Assembly: GCA_951406725.2 (NCBI GenBank)
Contig: OX597831.1
Span: 34,100,001 to 34,164,000 of the forward strand
From: Octopus vulgaris
Lineage: Eukaryota
Direction of reading: 5' to 3'
DNA: 64,000 nt
In this document: piece after piece, positions 54,489 through 64,000 of the stretch
How the letters are laid out: each line of letters begins with the position of its first letter
How positions within the stretch are numbered: the stretch's first letter is position 1
Position numbers and translations under genes: made by a program
Notes under the pieces: model-generated
What the model was told of the DNA's origin: nothing
What the model saw: only the letters and a program-made list of their open reading frames with translations
The model's database searches: none

Positions 54489-55419
54489 AGTGTGTGTAAA
54501 TATGCATTCTTACGTACTAATATACGTGCATATGCTATATTATATATGGTCGTGCCCTCGTAACATTTGTTAGCGTATTAATTGTGTCAGTATTGCAAAG
54601 GTTATCAGAAGTGAGTGATTTTAATGCTAAGTTCGGGAACAAACAACAAACGTAAACCACATGAATATATGTTTCTTCTCAAAGTTTAAATTAAATCTTA
54701 ATGCGACAGAATGTTCATAGAATATTTTCATTGCTTGATTACAATATATATCAATATCTATAAAGCTGAAATGCGTAAAGTTTGTTTGACTCATTTTGGG
54801 ATTGGAACAGGTTAAGGGCACTAGATGGGGTCGGATTGGCTCCAAAATTTACAGAGACATGTACAAACAGGCGAGGAAATGAGTGGACTAGGTTAGAAAC
54901 CACTATCTCAAAGTTGTGGTTACTAGGACAAGTGCTTGTCGTTTCTCCCTTTCGGATATCACCCTCTCTTTCTCGATCTCTGTCTTTCCTCACTTCCCTC
55001 CACTTTCTCTCTATAACGACGTTTGACAGCTTCGCCGTCTCTCTGTCACTCTTTCTCCCACCACCTCTCTCAATGTACGTCTGTCTGTATCTATAGAGAG
55101 AAAGCGTTGATAGCCGCAAAAGTTTAAATATTCCCATCACGGGTCTTTTAGAACGGTGAATTATTATCACCCACCACCACCGCCGCACAATCATAAAAGA
55201 TATTATTAATCAGATAAAACCGCAAACATTACGTAGATTTTAACTCCGAATTTTTGCATAAACTGGCGTTGCACACAACGCCAGAAACAACTGTGACGAA
55301 CCAATAATGTTTTCATATTACTTTTATTATAATTTACTTATCGCCACACCCACACAATGCTGTTACTGTCGGGAAACCAGGATTTTCTACACTTGAAGAA
55401 TTTCAAAAACATTAAATAG

Positions 55420-55920
55420 ACGATACAAAAAACGGACGGGTCATTCGAAGCCTCTAATCTTCAGTCAAGAAACGGATCATCCTCGCAATTTCGGCTGATT
55501 AATCTTGAGATTGCTCCGATCTGGCCAGCCCCAAGGAAAAACTAAGCTACGAGCATTAAATTTCTTGGAAAAAGTATCGTATGTATACGAAACACGGACA
55601 GAAAAACGGACGATGTTACACGAATATAAATACAAAAAACAAAAAGTTATACGAATATAAATACAAAAAACAATAATAATAATAATAATAATGATAATAA
55701 CAGGACAAAAACAACGGTCGTCTTTCGACTTTTGACAGTTCAACTTAGCTGGCGTATTTGAAAAATTAAGCCTTACGGCAGACGAAAATGTCGGTGTTGT
55801 TATGGCGCTGGTCAGAAGCCGAAAGGCTATAGTTGACCGGCGGTCACGTGAGAAGAGAACAGAGAGAAAAAAGGGGCAAAGGAATTAAAGAGAGGGAGAA
55901 GAGAGAGAAAGAGAGGGACA
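55420..55920 (-). mobile_element. Second copy of the 10850-11580 repeat family
   Basis: Shared blocks listed for 10850-11580. Confidence 0.55.
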
Positions 55921-56011
55921 CATTAAATACACGTATATATATATATATATATATATATATGTCTTTGTAAATATGCATATATATATACGTATGTATGTAT
56001 ATATATGTATG

Positions 56012-56062
<51 letters not shown>

Positions 56063-56098
56063 GTATTTATGTATGCTTATATATATATACATACATAA

Positions 56099-56168
<70 letters not shown>

Positions 56169-56684
56169 CACTTGTACATGAACGAATGTTCTGATGTTCT
56201 GGCATAGATGTATGTGAATGTTTAGCATTGTCATAGAAAAGTAGAATTTCCAGTAATCGTAATCGGATTCCAGAAACAAAGAGTAATAACCCATTCCTCA
56301 ATAACAATGTCATCGCAACAGAGAATTTCTAACGGCTATATATATTCAAAGAATAAATAAATAACAAAAATGCAACAGAGTATGTGTAAATTGTTTCGAA
56401 CTTCTTCCAAACATTTGACATAAATTTCTGCATAACTGTAATGTGTAGAAAATATTTCGATATGTTCGCATAGAAGAAAAAAAAAATGAAAGGAAAAAAA
56501 CCGAAAAAAAACATGAAACCCTTTAAAATTGATGTAGGGGAATATTTTAAAAGATAGCTGACTTCTTCATTGGACACGAAGTGACATATGCAGATGGCAA
56601 ATCATATCTGTATTCAACTCATCGAGATAGAGTATGTCCCTGATATCGTTATCGTCAATATCATCATTATCTTCATCCTCCTCC

Positions 56685-56728
<44 letters not shown>

Positions 56729-56869
56729 CGTCTTCGTCGTCATTATTTTTATTTCATGAAAAATGTTTCTGAGAAGCGTGTCCCTGTTGTCGAAACTTGA
56801 CATCGCAATTCCGCATATAAACACACACACGAACACGCACACACGCACGCACGCACGCACGCACGCACA

Positions 56870-56932
<63 letters not shown>

Positions 56933-57032
56933 CTAACACTGGTGACTATGACCAAAATTTGATGCACACTCATTAGGCACTCACACAAACAAAGACATTC
57001 ACACGTGTATGTATAGACATAGGTGTATGTTT

Positions 57033-57087
<55 letters not shown>

Positions 57088-57088
<1 letters not shown>

Positions 57089-57510
57089 AATATTAAATTT
57101 CTAAATATCTCAGAGAGATATAAGCGGTGGTGGATCGATAGAGCAGTATGCAACTGCTCTATCGTTCCACCACCGCTCATATCTCTGAGATATTTAGAAA
57201 TTTAATATTTCTAATTTTGGTGATCAGTGAATAAACTTCCCTGAAAAAAAATATATATGTTTACAAAGCCTAGACTGGCATCTTCAGCTAGCAGGCCATG
57301 CTACTCCAGACTGATGACGAGCTAGACTCAGAAACATGTATCTGTGTGCAGGCCTAGCTGTTGGGGGTACTTGTCTTCCCTTTGTAAACATAAGAACACA
57401 GGAAATCTGTCGAAGCCGACAGGAAGCGTTGATGCTTCTTAGGGCTTATAGTGGTGGTGTGATTCCCTTTATTGGACTGTCACGTTAAGTTGACAGTATG
57501 CAACTGCTCT
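57088..57510 (+). mobile_element. Retrozyme-like / PLE terminal-repeat unit (~350 bp) with an inverted 5' copy, between (TA)n and (CT)n
   Basis: 17-bp direct repeat CAGTATGCAACTGCTCT at 57144-57160 and 57494-57510; hairpin 57088-57210; internal hammerhead. Confidence 0.6.
57307..57344 (+). ncRNA. Type I hammerhead ribozyme motif with intact core
   Basis: CAGA-CTGATGA-CGAG-CTAGA-CTCA-GAAA-CATG-TA-TCTG: stem I CAGA/TCTG, stem II GAG/CTC, palindromic helix III ACATGT, GUA triplet. Confidence 0.78.
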
Positions 57511-57534
57511 CTCTCTCTCTCTCTCTCTCTCTCA

Positions 57535-57639
<105 letters not shown>

Positions 57640-57652
57640 CATACACATATTG

Positions 57653-58170
57653 GGGAGGCGCAATGGACCAATGGTTAGGGCAGCGGAATCGCGGTAGTAG
57701 GATCGCGGTTTCGATTCCCAGACCGGGCATTTTGAGCGTTTATTGAGCTAAAACACCTAAAGCTCCACGAGGCTCGGGCAAGGGATGGTGGTAAACCCTG
57801 CTCTACTCTTTCACCACAACTTTCTATCTTTCTTCCTGTTTCTGTTGTACCTGTATTTCAAAGGACCAGCCTTGTCACACTCTGTGTCACGCTGAGTCTC
57901 CCCGAGAACTACGTTAAGGGTATTGTGGAGTGCTCAGCCACTTGCACGTGAATAAATGAGCTGCGACGTCACTGGTGCCAAGCTGTATCGGCCTTTGCCT
58001 TTCCCTTGGATAACATCGGTGGCAGAGAGAGGGGAGGCTGGTATGCGTGGGCAACTGCTGGTCTTCCATAAACAACCTTGCCCAGATTTGTGCCGCGGAG
58101 GGTAACTCTAGGGTGCCTCGCAGGGTAACTCTAGGTTCAATCCCTTTGTCATTCATGACCGAAGGTGGTC
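57653..58170 (+). mobile_element. Chimeric SINE: family C 5' part fused to family D 3' part
   Basis: Family C to ~57950 (CAGCCACTTGCACGT), then AAATGAGCTGCGACGTCACTGGTGCC...CATTCATGACCGAAGG. Confidence 0.8.
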
Positions 58171-58551
58171 ACAACAATTATACACATTAATGTAAGATCA
58201 TATTTATACATTTATTTTGAGATGCATTTTTAGGTGTAAGCGTAAATGATTATGAATCTGTGTGCACGTGTGTGTGTTTTACAAGCGCTGTTAGGTTTTT
58301 GCGTGTACGAATGGAAGAAATCCTATGTGTAAGACATTTCAATCATTCTGAATGAATACACACTAGCCAGGAATACAAGGATTCTGGGCTATTTAGAGTA
58401 AGAAAATTATAAATCATACTGAAATTTACTGTTGATGTGTCACAGAACAGCTTATCACCTAGGACTGGTTGAGGAAGTAGCTCCGTTCAAAATTTAGACC
58501 GTAGTATTTGTATATATGCGTTTGATTCTGATTGTGTGTGTGTGTGTGTGT

Positions 58552-58607
<56 letters not shown>

Positions 58608-59747
58608 ATGTATGTCATTCTGTCTCATAGGTACTGCTTAACTCTTTATATTGTACATATTCTGGATGACGATATTTGAGTTTGCCTACACACACACACA
58701 CACATACACACACACACGCACGCACATACAAGACGCACACAAAATACATACACGCATATATGTTTATGCATACATAAATACATATATCTTAAATTGCAGG
58801 ATTTTATCTCACTGTGTAGCGTGTTAGACAAGCGCTCTTTGTTTCGTACAAGCCATTAGAATGAAACCGGGTTGACGGAATAGGTATGGAAGCCTATCGA
58901 GATCACTATAAATGTACTGCAAATGGCCAGCATTGTCACTCGCGTCTTCTCTGAATAGGTCTCAGAATTACGCTAACGGTACGTAGACTGTGGAATGTTC
59001 AGCCATTTGTTAATTCGATGAGTAGGTCGTTCTAATGGCCGAACATTTGGAACATTTTTCTTTGAAATCGATAGAGATCTGAATAATATCTTTTAAATCA
59101 AGAACAGATATATGCTTGTATGAACGTATGCATGATTGTATGAAGGCATGTGTTACTGTTTGTATGATAGTCTGGACGAGTGCTGTGTGTTTGTGAGTGT
59201 GTGTGTGTGTTTAAGTGTGTGCAAATCTGAAAAACTTTAATTATATTAAAATTATCATCTAGATGCTTACTTTGGTGTCTGGAGTAACATATGCTCATAT
59301 CTTAAAATCATAACAGCCTTAGGCTTCATCATTAGCAATTATTGTCTCCAGTGAACAAATAAATGACTACGTAAAGTAGAAAAAAATAAAATAATAAAAT
59401 AATAAATGGAATAACAACATAATAATGTAATAAAACAAAATGATGGAAGAAATACATCCCGATACGGACAATTGGTCTGGAGTATTCTACAGAAATTTAT
59501 TCAATTCAAATATGAATATATCTGATTTTTTAAAGATGGTTTATAATTTTGGAGCTGAGGAAATAATATGGTTGGGATTATTGAAATTTAGAAGACTTTT
59601 ATATCGGTTGGTAATTACTGGATGGGTTTGAAATTAGCATAAGACAGAATGGTTGGAAGTATCTTAATGTTAGTATGTTAGTCTGATCTGAAAAGGACAT
59701 TCAAATGATTAGAGTGTAGTATGAATGTAAGTATGTATGTATGCATG

Positions 59748-59805
<58 letters not shown>

Positions 59806-59860
59806 TATGTATACATAAAAATATATACATATATACATACATACACACATACATACATAT

Positions 59861-59935
59861 GTGTGTGTATCATACGGCGTACATAATACTATAGTATTAT
59901 GTACGCTGTATTTGAATATGAACTATATCTATCTT

Positions 59936-60018
<83 letters not shown>

Positions 60019-60250
60019 CTCTATATGTATGTATGTATGTATATGTATACATAAATATATATACATATTTACATACATACACCCGTACATACATGCATAC
60101 ATACATACATACATACATACATACATACATACATACATACATACATACATACATACATACATACGTGTTTGTGTGTGTGTATGTGTGTGTGTGTATCATA
60201 CGGCGTACATAATACTATAGTATTATGTACGTCGTATTTGAATATGAACT
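59861..60250. repeat. ~64-bp direct repeats, each with a perfect 28-bp palindrome, flanking a microsatellite block
   Basis: CGTACATAATACTATAGTATTATGTACG at 59878-59905 and 60204-60231. Confidence 0.9.
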
Positions 60251-60435
60251 GCTATTAGATTCACGCTGCAGAATCAATGAAGACAGATTTAAATAACAAG
60301 CCTTTGGATTCTAAATAATTCTTGAGGCTCTTATGTACGCATCCATGCAGGAAAGTACGTGGTTTTCTTTATATGATTGTACGAGTGCGTTTTTGTGTGA
60401 ATGAGTGTTCGTGAGTGTTACTGTGTGTGTGTGTG

Positions 60436-60467
<32 letters not shown>

Positions 60468-60850
60468 CGTGCATATGTATATGCGCGCTCGTGTGCGTGT
60501 ATGCAAGCACAAGGTATGATAGATACAGCTGCTGATTTCTCGTGTTTCCACACCAGGAAACCACAGTAGCTTGCATCTAAATACTGTATATAAACTAGGC
60601 GTGTTTGGGTCGTAAGTAGTTCGCTTCTCAATCACATGGTTCCAGGGTGAGACGTATGCGTTGCACTTTGATCTCCTATTATACCCTCTGGCCGACCAAA
60701 ACCTTGTGAATAGATTTGGTAGACGGAAACAGAAAGAATACCATCGTGTGTATATATATATATATAAGGATAAGATCGTTACTTTAAGAATACAACAACG
60801 ATTTTATCAAGTGGTCAGCATGGAAAAAATAACATTCAAAGGTAATAATT

Positions 60851-61159
60851 ATTAAAATTATAAATTAGGGTATCCATGAGATACCACCATGCTGAAAATA
60901 GCAGCCGTGATCTGACTCTAAAACCACCCAAATTGTCCATATATCAACACGGAGAGAAAACAAAGAGACAAGATGAAACTAGTAAAAAATTACTGGAATT
61001 TTTATAGCATTATCAAGTAATTTTTTACTAGTTTCATCTTGTCTCTTTGTTTTATCTCCGTGTTGATATATGGACAATTTAGGTGGTTTTAGAGTCAGAT
61101 CATGGCTGCTATTTTCAGCATGGTGGTATCTCGTAGATACCCTAATTTATAATTTTAAT
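60851..61159. repeat. Long fold-back inverted repeat (~144-bp arms, ~21-nt loop) abutting (TA)n
   Basis: ATTAAAATTATAAATTAGGGTATC...AAAAAATTACT / AGTAATTTTTT...GATACCCTAATTTATAATTTTAAT. Confidence 0.92.
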
Positions 61160-61168
61160 ATATGTATG

Positions 61169-61219
<51 letters not shown>

Positions 61220-61224
<5 letters not shown>

Positions 61225-61393
61225 GAAAAAAAAACAAAAGACGAAGACACGTGGTGTAGAAAACAAACAGATGTATTAGTATAACGCTCGGGAATTGAAA
61301 AAGTCTTTTACGTTTCGAGCCTACGCTCTTCTACAGAAAGGGACACAGAAAAAACAAGGAGAGTAAAAGATGTGTGTAGTGGCTAACGATCTA

Positions 61394-61395
<2 letters not shown>
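61220..61395 (-). mobile_element. Hammerhead-bearing element flanked on both sides by (TA)n
   Basis: Minus strand 61305-61340 reads CTTT-CTGTAGA-A-GAG-CGTAGG-CTC-GAAAC-GTA-AAAG. Confidence 0.7.
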
Positions 61396-61444
<49 letters not shown>

Positions 61445-62049
61445 GCATGCATACGTGGGTGTTTGTGCCTGTGTTCCTCCTCCTCCTCCTCCTTCTCCTC
61501 CTCCTCCTCCTCCTCCACTACCACCACCACCACCACCACCAATAACGGACCAGTAAACAATATATTGCTAACACCATTTGACCTGCGTTAACCAATAGCA
61601 GCCCAATATCAAGATGTTATCTAAGACTCGCTTTATTCGGTTTCTACGTATTTCATGATAACAACTCTTATCGAATGTGTTAAGTACCATTTCTTCTTTT
61701 CCTTTGTCTACTCATTCGCATGTTACATTTTGGTAGTGGCACCGATTCTGTCATTATTGCCTATTTTTAAACAAGCTCATTGGCTATTCGCGATCACGGT
61801 GCCTGAACAGACACCGAGATTCTATATATCGCTGATGAGGAAATCGCCTGCAATGTCTAGCTGGACGTCTGTCATTGACAAGCTCTAGGTAGAGCAAAAT
61901 TACGTGATCTGGCAGCTCCGGCAGCCATAGAGAATGGTTATTTCCCGTCAGCGATATAATCACGGGTGAATTTATGCACTATGAATCTGTATGTGAAGTC
62001 ATCTCGAGATTAACCAGTATTCTTTGTTCTAAGAAAGCATTCGCTTTAA

Positions 62050-62079
<30 letters not shown>

Positions 62080-62084
<5 letters not shown>

Positions 62085-62303
62085 CTTTACTACCCACAAG
62101 GGGCTAAACACGGAAGAGACAAACAAGGACAGACAAACGGATTGAGTCGATTACATCGACCCCAGTGCTTAACTGGTACTTAATTTATCGTCCCCGGAAG
62201 GATGAAAGGCAAAGTCGACCTCGGCGGAATTTGAACTCGGAACGTAACGGCAGACGAAATACGGCAACGCATTTCGCCCGGCGTGCTAACGTTTCTGCCA
62301 GCC
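62080..62303 (-). mobile_element. Family A SINE (long tail)
   Basis: Reverse-strand copy. Confidence 0.85.
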
Positions 62304-62349
62304 ATATATATTACCTTTTGATATTCATAGTGTTTCTATCGCTATTAAT

Positions 62350-62391
<42 letters not shown>

Positions 62392-62413
62392 TATGTGTGT
62401 GTGTGTGTGCGTA

Positions 62414-62467
<54 letters not shown>

Positions 62468-62653
62468 TATGTGTGTGTTTGTTTTAAGCTTTTAGCGCAA
62501 GTTTAATTTAACATAAAACTAAAAAGCCAATCCTCTATGTAGCTTCATCTTTATCATACATGAAGAAGGTTAGACACTAACCTCGACATTTCGCTCTGCT
62601 AGCCTTCGTCATCCATACATATAAACATACATACATACATGTATGTATATATA

Positions 62654-62699
<46 letters not shown>

Positions 62700-63026
62700 C
62701 ATACACATATATATGTGTGTGTGGGGGGGTGTCTGTGTCTGTGTTGATTCAACAAGTAGTGGTAAATTAAAGGACTTAATACAAGTGTAGTGTGTTGTTT
62801 CATTCATTATAATTGACAGGCTTCAATTTTCAGTACTCGGTGTTACTCTTTTCCGATCAGCTGCAGCTGAAACCTGCTTTTCTTTTGAAATATTCAATTT
62901 GTATATATTTTGAAATACGAAATGAACGTTTGAAGTAAATAAAAGCAGGTTCGGTTTACGAGCTCGTGATGGAAAACAAAGAACTGTGTGTACTCGAAAT
63001 TGGAACCTCTCTGATGAAATGTGCAC

Positions 63027-63073
<47 letters not shown>

Positions 63074-63074
<1 letters not shown>

Positions 63075-63298
63075 CTCTTTACTCTTTTACTTGTTTCAGT
63101 CATTTGACTGCGGCCATGCTGGAGCACCGCCTTTTTTAATCGAGCAACTAGACTCCGGGACTTATTCTTTTGTAAGCCCAGTACTTATTCTATCGGTCTC
63201 TTTTGCCGAACCGCTAAATAACGGGGACATAAACACACCAGCATCGGTTGTCAAGCAATGCTAGGGGGACAAACACAGACACTCAAACACACCCACGC

Positions 63299-63300
<2 letters not shown>
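63074..63300 (-). mobile_element. Family B SINE 3' half
   Basis: Reverse-strand tail and body. Confidence 0.8.
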
Positions 63301-63330
<30 letters not shown>

Positions 63331-63610
63331 GAGATGTTTGCATATTCACTTTTCATGCGAAAACCAATTACTTCCATTATGGGTTCACTAATTACTTCCA
63401 TTCTTGTGATGCATGAATAATTTAACCTCGGACATATAATGGGGTCTTCAATTGTTTTGTTTTTTTAATTATTGAAAACAAAAAATATTGCTTTTTATAT
63501 TATTACATTCACGTCTTACAAATATTTTAAAATATTTACTTCCGGTTTTCTAGCGTACTCTTATTTATATGATTTCTTAATTCCATGTCCATCTCATTCA
63601 TTGTTTGCTA

Positions 63611-63691
<81 letters not shown>

Positions 63692-63774
63692 ACACACATT
63701 CCAGGTTTTATTTCTTCATTACACAAATATCACGTTAAAATTTTTCATTTCAACAGATCTGATTTATTTTTAGA

Positions 63775-64000
63775 GGCTCAGGGATGGCTGTGTGGTAGTA
63801 GCTTGCTTACCAACCACATGGTTCCGGGCTCAGTCTCACTGCGTGGCACCTTGGGCAAGTGTCTTCTACTATAGCCTCGGGCTGACCAAAGCCTTGTGAG
63901 TCCAAAGCCTTTGGTAGATGGAAACTGGAAGAAGTCCGTCGTATAGATGTATATGTATATATAAATGTATGTGTGTATATATGTTTGTGTGTCTGTGTTT
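63775..64000 (+). mobile_element. Family B SINE 5' part, runs off the window
   Basis: TGGCTGTGTGGTAG...CCTTGGGCAAGTG. Confidence 0.8.

Noticed and set aside
57088-57210. pre-miRNA
   Set aside because: Better explained as an inverted duplication of the element end; there is no small-RNA evidence.
61655-61888. Hydrophobic ORF, and a CTGATGA hammerhead-like start at ~61833
   Set aside because: No GPCR motif, and no GAAA half of the core.

Overview
Eukaryotic, AT-rich, extremely microsatellite- and retroposon-rich genomic DNA. The repeat repertoire looks like an Octopus (coleoid cephalopod) genome; this is inferred from recognition, not from a search. Almost all ORFs in the supplied track are translations of (TA)n/(CA)n/(TATC)n/trinucleotide repeats and are not genes. 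The only supportable host-gene content is two + strand exons (4496-4615, 14599-14678). They splice in frame into the hormone-binding ectodomain of a class B1 (secretin-family, CRF/DH44-receptor-like) GPCR, so the window is essentially intron. It holds dozens of tRNA-derived SINEs of four families (several nested, with clear TSDs), R4/Dong-like RLE LINE relics next to (TAA)n repeats, two Tc1/mariner relics, Penelope-like element (PLE) fragments and a tRNA-Glu pseudogene. The most notable signal is about nine minimal type I hammerhead-ribozyme motifs in short (TA)n-associated elements, including a ~350-bp retrozyme-like unit at 57144-57510. There is also a set of near-perfect fold-back palindromes, several centred on hammerhead halves. 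All coordinates were read by eye; repeat boundaries are approximate.
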